Part shown: in pieces, positions 1 to 9,037 of the stretch
Layout: every line of letters starts with the position of its first letter
How positions within the stretch are numbered: position 1 is the first letter of the stretch
DNA from: Candidatus Hermodarchaeum yapensis
Lineage (GTDB): Archaea > Asgardarchaeota > Hermodarchaeia > Hermodarchaeales > Hermodarchaeaceae
Length of the DNA stretch: 28,946 bases
Direction of reading: 5' to 3'
Assembly (NCBI GenBank): GCA_016840405.1
Contig: JAEOSK010000032.1
Span: 1 to 28,946, forward strand
Program-made: the position numbers and the translations under genes
The notes under the pieces: model-generated
The model's input: the letters and a program-made list of their open reading frames with translations, nothing else
What the model was told of the DNA's origin: nothing
Databases searched by the model: none

Positions 1-1092
1 TCCTTCCCCAATGCTTTCCACTACTTTTCCGATAATGCCAAGGTCTACCAGTGCGTCCATGGTTTTTCTAAAGGTTGGCAGTGCTTGTTTTGTAGCGCCG
101 TATTCTTCGCAAATTAATTGATAGCCATCATAGACTTTAGCAATGGTGGTTGAGCTGGCTTTCTCTGACTTGAGTTGCCGTGAAACTGCTGCAAGTACCA
201 GAATTTCTTGGTCACGAAGCCCGTATAGCACATCAGATCGTAATTCCGAATAGACTTCTTGTTTGGCTCGTCGTATTAGGTCAGGAGTTATGGGGCGAAC
301 GTTATAGCGATCCGCAGCTTTGCCTGCCCAGTACAACATTTCAATGCCGTGGCGAGCATTTTCTGTGGACGCAGCGATATTGGAAACCATTTTGATTATA
401 TCATCAGGTACAACGTTTTTGTGAAAAGCTAAATCTGACCTAAATTTGAAGATCTTTTGCAGCTCATCTTCATTGTAGGCGGGCATATCTATCCTATCAT
501 GAAGGCGTCCTGATAGGGGAAAACTGAGAGTATTTTGCCAATCAACGACACGACAAGCAATTAATGTGGAGATGTGAGCTTGCCCATGTTTGGCCACTTC
601 GCTAGCATGGATAAGGCTCAGGAGGTCTTGACCAAGGAGATAAGCTTCATCAAGGCATAAAACTAAGCGTAGGTTTTCTCGGGTCAATCTTCGATTAATC
701 ATTGTTGTTATTTCTTCATCAGAAAAACCGCGGCTTGTCACTTTGAACCGCTCTGTGAGCAAATCTCGTAAAATTGCACTTTTCGTTCGAAACATGAAAC
801 AATCATAGTATTCGAACCTGACTTTAATACCACGCTTGGATGCAGCTTTTTCTAGCCCCCGCCCAAAATATCGAATTGAAACGGTTTTTCCCGTTCCAGG
901 TTTTCCGACGACTGCGACGTTTACGGCATAGGCTCCGTCCTTATTGAGTAATGGTTTGAAATCGTGGCTCAAGCGAACAAGCTGATCTTCACGATTGGGT
1001 AGTTCAGGCGGGATGAACGCCGGATGTAGGGTTTCCTCATTCTTGAAGACAGATGCACCTAATAATGCCTTTTCGATGATGTTCTCGCCCAC
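1..1092 (-). CDS. cdc6: Cdc6/Orc1 replication initiator (AAA+ and winged helix); 3' end runs off the window
   Basis: Not in the ORF track; hand-translated from GTG at 1092: MGENIIEKALLGASVFKNEETLHPAFIPPELPNREDQL...VAVVGKPGTGKT (Walker A)...LCLDEA (Walker B). GAGGGTG RBS-like motif upstream; frame continues to position 1. Confidence 0.93.
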   Translation of the reverse strand, partial: MGENIIEKALLGASVFKNEETLHPAFIPPELPNREDQLVRLSHDFKPLLNKDGAYAVNVAVVGKPGTGKTVSIRYFGRGLEKAASKRGIKVRFEYYDCFMFRTKSAILRDLLTERFKVTSRGFSDEEITTMINRRLTRENLRLVLCLDEAYLLGQDLLSLIHASEVAKHGQAHISTLIACRVVDWQNTLSFPLSGRLHDRIDMPAYNEDELQKIFKFRSDLAFHKNVVPDDIIKMVSNIAASTENARHGIEMLYWAGKAADRYNVRPITPDLIRRAKQEVYSELRSDVLYGLRDQEILVLAAVSRQLKSEKASSTTIAKVYDGYQLICEEYGATKQALPTFRKTMDALVDLGIIGKVVESIGEG

Positions 1093-1221
1093 ATGTGCAC
1101 CCTCGAATTAGTCTATTTGAGAAGGCTAGCCGCTTCATTGCACGAACAGAAGTTGCTGCCCATAAAAGGATTTTCCACACTGACGTAAAAGTAACTAGGA
1201 TTATCCTATTTTGAGGATTGG

Positions 1222-1452
1222 TTACTTCTTGCGTTTGTCCTTCTCTTTCTTTCCTAACCACCAGTCAAGGTAGTCACGACGATGTTGGGATTTTACTCGT
1301 TCTTCGTCCTCGCGGCGATAGGATGATCTTTGCTCATCCCATAGGCGATCTAACTCGGCGCGAGAGACGGCGAGGCCACACCGTTGACAAACTTGACGGC
1401 TTGTGCGGGAATCAAATTTCATTGTTCCAGCACACTCTGGGCATCGTGCCAT
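1222..1452 (-). CDS. Small TFIIB-type zinc-ribbon protein with a charged C-terminal tail
   Basis: CPEC-x15-CQRC Zn ribbon; ATG start; same strand as the flanking glmS and cdc6. Confidence 0.7.
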   Translation of the reverse strand: MARCPECAGTMKFDSRTSRQVCQRCGLAVSRAELDRLWDEQRSSYRREDEERVKSQHRRDYLDWWLGKKEKDKRKK

Positions 1453-1521
1453 GAATAATTTACACCTGATTTTTTGGGTCCTTGGCGGGAACTACCCAAC
1501 GAACTGCTATAACTCTTTTTA

Positions 1522-3354
1522 TTAAAGGACAGTAACGGCTTTTGCTAGGTTTCGAGGTTGATCAGGGTTATGACCCCGGAGTATGGCTGCATAATATGCT
1601 AAGAGTTGTAAGGGTACAACATAACAAATTGGTGAAAAAGAAAGAGACGGGAGTTGGGGGAGGGGTATGACTTGATCACTTAAGTTGATTAACGCTTTAT
1701 CTTGTGCTGAACATATAGCAACGATTCGGGCACCTCGAGCCTTCATCTCCATCACGTTTCCTTCAAGATGTCTACGTGTGGAGTCATTAGGCGCAACGAA
1801 AATCACGGGGAAGCCTGGTTCTACTAGAGCGATTGCACCATGTTTTGATTCGCCGGCGGGATATCCTTCAGCATGGACATAGGCAATTTCTTTGATTTTC
1901 AATGCACCTTCCATTGCTGTAGCTGTACTTATTCCTCTCCCGAGGAAGAAAAAGTCTGATTTGGTCACATATTCTTGGGCTGCTACTTTGATCATGCTTT
2001 CTTGATTTCGAATGACTGATTGTATGATATTGGGAAATTGATTCAATGCTTCAAGTAGTTCTTTTTGCTCTTTTTTCTTCAGTGCTCCTGTCATTGTTCC
2101 TAAATATACTGAAAGCGATGCTAGGGTTGCGAGTTGTGTTGCGAAGGTTTTCGTTGCTGCCACGCCGATTTCAGGGCCAGCCTGTGTATAGAGAACCTGA
2201 TCTGCTAGTCGCGTAATTGAACTCCCTACGGTGTTGGTGATCGCAACGACCGTACAACCCTGCTTTTTCAGATGTTTAACTGCGTGTATGGTATCAATGG
2301 TTTCTCCGGATTGGGAGACCGCTAAGACAACTGAATCTTCTCCTGGGCTGGCTGCAACGGTATCAGGACCTTCTGAAGCAATGATATTGTGTATGAGCCG
2401 ATTAGCGTTATGTGAAAACATGTACTTTGCTGCCAGTGTAGCATGAAAAGCAGTGCCAGCAGCAAAAGTGATGATGTGTCTATGGTTGTGTAGGATTTCT
2501 GTGAAACCCATCAAATCTGGTTTTCGTATTCGTAATGTATCCTGAAGGGCTTTAGGTTGTTCATGAATTTCTTTTAACATGAAGTGTGGATATCCACCTT
2601 TTTGAGCCATATCAATAGTCCACTGAACAACTGTTGGTAATCGTAGAGAGAGGTGGGACAAATCGCCTGATTGATTAAAGCGGCTTAGAAGAGCTCCTTG
2701 GGCTGTCAGAAGAACGAGTTCATCATCTTCTAACACGATTGTCTTTCGTGTCATGGGCAAAAAGGCAGGAACATCTGAGGCGCAGTAGACTCCTTGGTTA
2801 CCGAGTCCAATGATTAAGGGACTTTCTTGTCGTGCGGCTACCAGTTCGTTGCGATGAGCTTCTATCACAACAATTGCATAGCTTCCCTCTAATTGAGGGA
2901 GTATTTGTGCAACGGCTTGATCAAGACGTGAAGTTTGATGAAGTGCATCCTCAATGAGGTGGGGAATTACTTCGGTGTCTGTTTCTGACCGAAGTTGGTG
3001 TCCATTTTCCATTAGGTTTTTACGGAGTTCTTGGTAGTTTTCGATGATTCCATTATGGACAACTGCAAGACGGTTTAAGCAGTCGGTGTGAGGATGGGCA
3101 TTTGCCTTAGATGGGGAGCCATGGGTTGCCCACCTTGTATGGCCGATTCCGATATTTCCGGGTAGCGTATCAAAATTTAGACGTTGGTGGATGTCATCGA
3201 TTTTGCCTTTATCCTTTTTTATGTGAAGTATTCCATTGGCGGCTGTGGCAATACCACTGGAATCATATCCGCGGTATTCCAACCTCTTTAGTGATTGGCG
3301 CAATAGGGAGGCGACATTCCCCTTCGTATGAATAGCACCAATAATTCCGCACAA
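1522..3354 (-). CDS. glmS: Glutamine--fructose-6-phosphate aminotransferase (isomerizing)
   Basis: N-terminal MCGI, LEYRGYDS, GHTRWATHG, HNGIIEN, SQSGET, C-terminal PRNLAKAVTV; TTG start. Confidence 0.97.
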   Translation of the reverse strand: MCGIIGAIHTKGNVASLLRQSLKRLEYRGYDSSGIATAANGILHIKKDKGKIDDIHQRLNFDTLPGNIGIGHTRWATHGSPSKANAHPHTDCLNRLAVVHNGIIENYQELRKNLMENGHQLRSETDTEVIPHLIEDALHQTSRLDQAVAQILPQLEGSYAIVVIEAHRNELVAARQESPLIIGLGNQGVYCASDVPAFLPMTRKTIVLEDDELVLLTAQGALLSRFNQSGDLSHLSLRLPTVVQWTIDMAQKGGYPHFMLKEIHEQPKALQDTLRIRKPDLMGFTEILHNHRHIITFAAGTAFHATLAAKYMFSHNANRLIHNIIASEGPDTVAASPGEDSVVLAVSQSGETIDTIHAVKHLKKQGCTVVAITNTVGSSITRLADQVLYTQAGPEIGVAATKTFATQLATLASLSVYLGTMTGALKKKEQKELLEALNQFPNIIQSVIRNQESMIKVAAQEYVTKSDFFFLGRGISTATAMEGALKIKEIAYVHAEGYPAGESKHGAIALVEPGFPVIFVAPNDSTRRHLEGNVMEMKARGARIVAICSAQDKALINLSDQVIPLPQLPSLSFSPICYVVPLQLLAYYAAILRGHNPDQPRNLAKAVTVL

Positions 3355-3414
3355 CCTAGTTCGCCCTTATGGAACATTTCGAATGGTCAGCTAAAAGTTT
3401 CCTGTTAGAGGCTA

Positions 3415-5010
3415 TCAAAGGTGTTTTGTCATGTAGGGTCCATCATGGTGATACCCATATCGTTGATAATACAGACGTGCACCGATGCCACTTGTACAGA
3501 CAATTTGTTTTCGTCCATTTTCTTTAGCAATTTCTTCCGCAACTTCGAGAAGGCGCGTTCCTATCCCGCGATGCTGCCAGGCATCTTCTCCAGTTTTTCC
3601 AATATCTAATGATCGACCATACACGTGAAGTTCACGGAGAAGTGCTGCGTCATGGAATCTGATCTCAGGACGATGGGCATTGTCATTAGGTATTCGGAGT
3701 CGAAGATAACCCACAAGCGAATCAAATTCAGGATTTTGATAAGCGATGAAAAGTTCAGTACCTCCAGAGGCGGGATACTTATCAACCTGAAGTTTTAACT
3801 GCGCAATGTCAGGCGGGTCAAAATCAAGAAGCGCCATAGATCTTTGTTGATATCCGACTTCTCGATATCGAATTGTCTGTATCTTGTAACCTTTTGTCTC
3901 AGCCCGTTGAAAGACCAACTGAGTCAGATTTCCCGCATTAGGACCCGCTACTATAAGCCGTTTAGGAATATCCCGTTGCATCCTTTGTATCCGGACCCAC
4001 CGAGGTAAAGATGGCATAATCTCCACAAGAAGATCAATGACTTCCTCAGTGGTATAGGGCACATATTTGCCCTTTCGCCACATATCAAATAACTCACTGC
4101 CACGAAGCACCAGACAAGGGTAAATTTTCAACATATCTGGTTTGAACTCTTCGCGTGAAAACAAATCTCGAAACACTTGCTGATCGCGTTCTGGTGTAGA
4201 ACCAGGTAATCCCGGCATTATATGATAGCACACTTTCAGTCCGGCATCTTTAACGATTTGAGTTGCAGAGATTACATCAGATACTTTGTGACCACGACAT
4301 ACTTGATCGTAAATGTCATCGTACACCGTTTGGACCCCTAGCTCGACCCGTGTTGCTCCCAAGCCCAGCATAGTATCAACATGCTTTGGTTTACAATAAT
4401 CAGGTCGTGTTTCTATCGTTATCCCAACAGGTCTTATATCGCTGGTCTCTGCAAGACGAATTACTTCAGGTAAGTCACCCGCAGTATTCCCAGTCATGGC
4501 ATCAAGGCATCGTTTAATGAAGTTCTGTTGATACTCATCTGATGCAGAAAGAAACGTACCACCCATCACAATGAGTTCAACTTTATCCGTACTATGTCCC
4601 ATTGCTTGAAGCTGTTCTAACCTGCTTGAAACTTGTAGAAACGGATCATATTGGTTTTGTCGAGCACGCAGTGTAGCAGGTTCATCCCCAACGTATGCTT
4701 TCGGTGCAGTAGGAATATTGGTAGGACAGTAAATACATTGGCCTGGACATTCCATTGGTTCTGCCATCACAGCCACAATTACGACACCCGATAGTGTGCG
4801 AGTTGGCTTTTTTTGAAGTAGTATGCCAACCTTTTGCTTCTCTTCGTCAGTAGCATAGGCAAGTATCTCAACATCAGAAGGGAACCGGGAAAGCTTGTAT
4901 TGTCTACACAGTTTTCGTTTTAGTCGTTGAAGATCTTGTTTATTCTGAATTTTTCCTTCTAATGCAGCCTGAAGAATTGCTTCTGCTACACGCTGCAACC
5001 CAATATCCAC
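3415..5010 (-). CDS. elp3: Elp3, tRNA U34 modification radical SAM/GNAT enzyme
   Basis: RTLSGV, CPGQCIYCP radical-SAM motif, MGGTF, ETRPD, RELHVYG, WQHRGIG GNAT motif. Confidence 0.95.
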   Translation of the reverse strand: MDIGLQRVAEAILQAALEGKIQNKQDLQRLKRKLCRQYKLSRFPSDVEILAYATDEEKQKVGILLQKKPTRTLSGVVIVAVMAEPMECPGQCIYCPTNIPTAPKAYVGDEPATLRARQNQYDPFLQVSSRLEQLQAMGHSTDKVELIVMGGTFLSASDEYQQNFIKRCLDAMTGNTAGDLPEVIRLAETSDIRPVGITIETRPDYCKPKHVDTMLGLGATRVELGVQTVYDDIYDQVCRGHKVSDVISATQIVKDAGLKVCYHIMPGLPGSTPERDQQVFRDLFSREEFKPDMLKIYPCLVLRGSELFDMWRKGKYVPYTTEEVIDLLVEIMPSLPRWVRIQRMQRDIPKRLIVAGPNAGNLTQLVFQRAETKGYKIQTIRYREVGYQQRSMALLDFDPPDIAQLKLQVDKYPASGGTELFIAYQNPEFDSLVGYLRLRIPNDNAHRPEIRFHDAALLRELHVYGRSLDIGKTGEDAWQHRGIGTRLLEVAEEIAKENGRKQIVCTSGIGARLYYQRYGYHHDGPYMTKHL

Positions 5011-5071
5011 CTGAACGAACTATTTGCATCGTACATGAAAAATGTTGGCAGATGAAGCTAAACAAGAAACC

Positions 5072-5245
5072 CTACCGTCGAACAGCTTTGGGCTGTCCAG
5101 CAGGAGTTCCCTTTAGGATACGCTTAGCATAATTACGACGATTGCGGAGCCGAGGAATCGGAGTAACTCGAACTTTACCCTCAACCTTGGGTGTTTGGCT
5201 TCGCACTTTACCCGCTTTTGTTAGACTGCCGTGTGAACCTGGCAT
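5072..5245 (-). CDS. rps30e: 30S ribosomal protein S30e (eS30)
   Basis: 57 aa, below the ORF-track cutoff; hand translation MPGSHGSLTKAGKVRSQTPKVEGKVRVTPIPRLRNRRNYAKRILKG... carries the S30e signature HGSLxKAGKVRxQTPKV. Confidence 0.95.
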   Translation of the reverse strand: MPGSHGSLTKAGKVRSQTPKVEGKVRVTPIPRLRNRRNYAKRILKGTPAGQPKAVRR

Positions 5246-5350
5246 TTTTCTTTCACTGCTTCGGTGTTTACATTGGAGGCTTTAAGGATTTCCGTTTGCC
5301 CGAAGAGGAGAAATTCGTGTTGAGGGGATTTGGTATTAGGAATCTTTTTA

Positions 5351-5495
5351 CACCGTTGTCCGAAACTTACCCATCCAGATCCCTGAAATGGTGTTCGGTT
5401 CCTGCTTCATCGACGTGCACTGACCCGCCGGAGGGTCTGTAACCTCTCGTCTCTAAACAGGCGTTTTCAGTCTCCGCCCAACTAGCGGCAACATC
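5351..5495 (-). ncRNA. Candidate ~145-nt structured ncRNA with a kink-turn (family unknown)
   Basis: About 56% GC by hand count. Minus-strand hairpins GACCC/GGGUC and CCGAAC..CCAU..CAG/CUG..AUGG..GUUUCGG; K-turn-like pairing of CCUGUUUA-GA-GACG with CGUC-GAU-GA-AGCAGG; TATA-like TATTAAAG at 5519-5526. Confidence 0.5.
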
Positions 5496-5695
5496 AGTAG
5501 CTATTATCTAGTTGAAAGCTTTAATAGTTGACATCCGCCTTGGGAAAAGTAAAATATGTCAATTCATGAGAGAAGAAAATATTTTGTAAAGCAATAGATG
5601 TTAGAATACCCTATCTGTCCATTTATGGGTAGAAACATCTATACAGCACCCAAACTTCTGGGTCTGGTAGGCAATACTCGTGTAGGTGTGATTCG

Positions 5696-6943
5696 ATGGA
5701 TGGCTTTCTCATCTTTGGTGTCTCAAGTTTGTATTGTATTGACGAACATTTCTCTGTGATATTGGAGTACATTTTGGGTGAGACAGCTGGGCAGATTGCT
5801 GAAAGTGTGAACCGTATTCGCCAAGGAGGCAAGGATTCTGCTATTTCGGATTTCTTCGCCAATTTAGGGAAGAAAGGTGTGGATCGCTTCTTTGTTGAAT
5901 CCCAGGTGTTTGCTGATGAGTTGTCAAGTCTTTATGAAGTTAAAGTACTTCCGTATGAAGATGTAAGGCAATGGCGAAAAATACGTCAAGAAGTTCTTTC
6001 TCCAAATCTATCTTCGGATAATAGGGGATTAATGCACGATGTGGCAATGGGACTCTCCCGTGAGGCAATTCGGGAGGCCTCGGAACAGAGTGATCAGCTA
6101 GTAATCCAGGCAATGAGTTCACTGGATGACGTTGAAAAGGTTCAAAATCTGATGGGCTCACGACTAAGGGAATGGTATGGATTGCATTTTCCTGAAGTAG
6201 CGCATGCAATTGAAGATGTACAAACTCTGGCAAAGATAATTGTTGAGGGGGGCCATAGGGAAACGATTGTTGATAATTCTGAGCTTGTACAGCTCCTCTA
6301 TGGAACATCCGTAGAATTGGAAGCCTTAAACCAGTCAATGGGTGCAGACATTTCTAAACCGGATTTGGAGATGATACAAGCGCTAGCTCATCAATTACTT
6401 GATCTTCAAGGATTTCGAGAAAAACTCGAGCAATATTTGGACGAGTCAATGCGTGAAATCGCACCAAACCTCCGTGGATTAATTGGCCCAGTGATAGGTG
6501 CTAGGCTAATTGGACTGGCTGGAGGTTTGGAAAAACTTGCACGGTTTCCAGCCAGCACTATTCAGGTGCTGGGTGCAGAGCAGGCTTTATTTCGAGCTTT
6601 GAAAACTGGAGCACGACCACCTAAGCATGGAGTCATTTTTCAACACACATCAGTGCATTCAGCACCTTGGTGGCAGAGAGGAAAAATCGCGAGAATATTA
6701 TCAGGTAAAATCGCCATTGCCGCTCGGATCGATTTGTTTTCAGGAGAGTATGTCGCGGATGACCTCAAACAAAGCGTGCAAACACGGATTGCTGAGGTGA
6801 AACGCAAATACCCGATAGCCCCAAAGACGCCTCCTTCAACAAAACCACCCAAACGACCACCACGGCGAAGAAAGAAGTTTGCGAAGCGACCGAAAAAACA
6901 TTCTTCCAAAAAATCGCGAGGAAAAGGGAGGGACTCAAAGTGA
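5696..6943 (+). CDS. nop5: Box C/D sRNP scaffold Nop5 (Nop56/58 homolog)
   Basis: RLREWYGLHFPE, PASTIQVLGAEQALF, PPKHGVIFQH, RGKIAR motifs; Lys/Arg-rich tail. Confidence 0.96.
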   Translation: MDGFLIFGVSSLYCIDEHFSVILEYILGETAGQIAESVNRIRQGGKDSAISDFFANLGKKGVDRFFVESQVFADELSSLYEVKVLPYEDVRQWRKIRQEVLSPNLSSDNRGLMHDVAMGLSREAIREASEQSDQLVIQAMSSLDDVEKVQNLMGSRLREWYGLHFPEVAHAIEDVQTLAKIIVEGGHRETIVDNSELVQLLYGTSVELEALNQSMGADISKPDLEMIQALAHQLLDLQGFREKLEQYLDESMREIAPNLRGLIGPVIGARLIGLAGGLEKLARFPASTIQVLGAEQALFRALKTGARPPKHGVIFQHTSVHSAPWWQRGKIARILSGKIAIAARIDLFSGEYVADDLKQSVQTRIAEVKRKYPIAPKTPPSTKPPKRPPRRRKKFAKRPKKHSSKKSRGKGRDSK

Positions 6944-7641
6944 TGACAACAATTAGGAAGGATGAAAGAAAAGCCGGACTTTTCTGGGCACAAATCGAAG
7001 AAGGCAAAAAGCGACCAGCGACTAAGAATCAAGCTAAAGGGAAAACAGTCTATGGTGAACGCGTTATAACAGAAAAAAAACAAGAGTTCAGAATTTGGGA
7101 CCCCTATAGAAGTAAGCTTTCTGCTGCACTTATTCGGGGGTTAGAAGCCTATGGCTTTGAGCCAGATAGCACCGTACTGTATTTAGGAGCCTCCTCAGGA
7201 ACAACAGCTAGCCATGTTTCTGACCTACTTGATTTAGAGGGTATGATCTATTGCATTGAATTTGCCCCCCGTGTGATGCGCGATTTAGTACAAGTCTGTG
7301 CAACGCGTCAGAATATGATTCCACTCCTGGCAGATGCCAGATATCCTGAAACATACAATTTTGTCCCTGAGTTAGTGGATGTTCTCTACCAAGATGTCGC
7401 TCAGCCAAACCAGGCTAAAATTCTAATTCAAAACGCTAAACGGTTCCTTCGTCCGGGCGGAACTGCTTATGTCGCCATCAAAGCCAGAAGCATTGACGTT
7501 GCTGCAAAACCAAAACGAATATTTCAACGAGAAGAGAAAACCCTCACACAGTCAGGATTCACAATTGTAGATCGAATTACATTGGAGCCCTTCACAGCAG
7601 ATCATGTATTCATCAGCGCTATTTATGGTGAAAATCTCTAA
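6940..7641 (+). CDS. flpA: Fibrillarin-like rRNA/tRNA 2'-O-methyltransferase
   Basis: VYGER, WDPYRSKLSAA, VLYLGASSGTTASHVSD, YQDVAQPNQ, IKARSID; start overlaps the nop5 stop. Confidence 0.96.
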   Translation: MMTTIRKDERKAGLFWAQIEEGKKRPATKNQAKGKTVYGERVITEKKQEFRIWDPYRSKLSAALIRGLEAYGFEPDSTVLYLGASSGTTASHVSDLLDLEGMIYCIEFAPRVMRDLVQVCATRQNMIPLLADARYPETYNFVPELVDVLYQDVAQPNQAKILIQNAKRFLRPGGTAYVAIKARSIDVAAKPKRIFQREEKTLTQSGFTIVDRITLEPFTADHVFISAIYGENL

Positions 7642-8075
7642 TGAAGAAATATTCAGGATTTCTCTCAGGCATCGAAAAAGAAATCACACAATTAAATGAC
7701 CACATGCCACGAACGAAGAAATCCCTATTTCAACTTCTCAAAGAGACCTCACCAGCATTTACGACTCGAGATGGTCAAAGAAGCGCTGTTAAACACGAAG
7801 AATTGAAAACATTATCGGAACTAATACCACCGAAATACCACGACCAAATAATGCTTCCATTCACAATTTTGCGTAGAACGTCCTTGGGACCTGGAGCACA
7901 CACCATTGGTGGTTCTAAACTTGAGCAATTCATAATACTACTTATTCTGGGAAAAATTGATAGTTCCTTTGAAACGTGGCGTGAATTGTCTCTTCCGCGA
8001 ATTATTTATTCACCCGAGGTAGCTCTCTTAAGACAGAAACTTCCTACAACAATGACAATAGGATTTGGCACGTAA
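7641..8075 (+). CDS. DUF61/UPF0216-family conserved archaeal protein
   Basis: LNDHMPRTKKSLxxLLKE..P.FTTRDG pattern, and the usual position directly after fibrillarin in archaea. Confidence 0.75.
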   Translation: MKKYSGFLSGIEKEITQLNDHMPRTKKSLFQLLKETSPAFTTRDGQRSAVKHEELKTLSELIPPKYHDQIMLPFTILRRTSLGPGAHTIGGSKLEQFIILLILGKIDSSFETWRELSLPRIIYSPEVALLRQKLPTTMTIGFGT

Positions 8076-8076
8076 T

Positions 8077-9036
8077 ATGCCGACAAAGCAGCAATATTTG
8101 GATGAAGTTAGGGATGTCTTACACTCATCGGCTCGAGAGCACACAACATCCATTGAGCAGGATTACTGCTTTGATGGCATTGTTCATGAAGGGGCAACAC
8201 GAATTGCCATTAAAATAAGCTTGACTATAGATAATGTTGAACCAAACTCCCTTGAAGAACTAAGTCGAATTTGCCCGATTCTGAAATGTACTCCACTAAT
8301 TATCGGAGAAAAAACACGAAAGCGTGACCTTCAAGATGGAGTGGTGCATACACGTGGATCAATTCCAGCTATAACCTTAGAAACTCTACGACGGTTGTTA
8401 GAAGAGGGAATACTCCCTCTGATTGTAGCGAAAAAGGGGGGCATATACGCAAAAGTCAATGGGCAGAAGCTAAAGGAAGCTCGAGAAGCGCTTCATTTTT
8501 CTCGTGGAGATGTTGCAGACGAATTGGGTCTTTCTCGTAGAGCAGTCTATGAATACGAACGCGGTACAATTAACCCCACCATCGATGTAGCATTGCGACT
8601 TGAAAAATTACTCAAAGCACATTTGATTCAACCTATAAACCTGTTAAGACGTGATTCAGTTTTGGAACCTTCAAGTCCGCCAAATGAAATCCTTGGAAAA
8701 CATACGCACCTTGCGAAGAAGGCCTTAGAAATATTGTCGCGCCTTGGCTTCCATTCCACCCTTACTAATGACACTCCCTTCGATATTTTGACCCCTCTTC
8801 GAAGACAGGTTTTACTAAGCTACCTCAAACACCCCCTTGAACGGTTTGATGAGGAACGACTTACTTTTCTCGCAAATTTAGCTGATGTTTTAGATGAAGA
8901 ACCTGCAATAATTACATCTGATCGCTCCCGTTTGGAATCCATCAAAGGAATTCCTGTTGTTTATCTCAAAGAATTGTTAGAAATTGAAGATCCTAAGGAA
9001 TTTATCGCGTTAATCCGCAACCGTCGAGGAGCTTGA
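8077..9036 (+). CDS. Archaeal XRE/HTH transcriptional regulator (COG1395-like)
   Basis: PLIIGEK...LQDGVVHTR, then HTH LKEAREALHFSRGDVADELGLSRRAVYEYERG. ATG at 8077 preferred over TTG at 8065. Confidence 0.85.
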   Translation: MPTKQQYLDEVRDVLHSSAREHTTSIEQDYCFDGIVHEGATRIAIKISLTIDNVEPNSLEELSRICPILKCTPLIIGEKTRKRDLQDGVVHTRGSIPAITLETLRRLLEEGILPLIVAKKGGIYAKVNGQKLKEAREALHFSRGDVADELGLSRRAVYEYERGTINPTIDVALRLEKLLKAHLIQPINLLRRDSVLEPSSPPNEILGKHTHLAKKALEILSRLGFHSTLTNDTPFDILTPLRRQVLLSYLKHPLERFDEERLTFLANLADVLDEEPAIITSDRSRLESIKGIPVVYLKELLEIEDPKEFIALIRNRRGA

Positions 9037-9037
9037 T

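Noticed and set aside
1093-1221. Replication origin upstream of cdc6
   Set aside because: Only 129 bp, with no ORB-like TTCCAnTGGAA/G-string repeats; an origin could still lie beyond the left edge.
5072-5350. Eukaryote-like ubiquitin-S30 (FUBI) fusion
   Set aside because: S30e starts at its own ATG with a promoter-like box upstream, and no ubiquitin-like domain precedes it.
5191-5442. 83-aa plus-strand ORF and the many other short ORFs overlapping known genes
   Set aside because: They are antisense or off-frame shadows of well-supported genes or the candidate RNA, with no motifs.
5455-5495. tRNA-Phe (GACUGAAAA anticodon-loop-like word)
   Set aside because: No cloverleaf, T-loop or acceptor stem.
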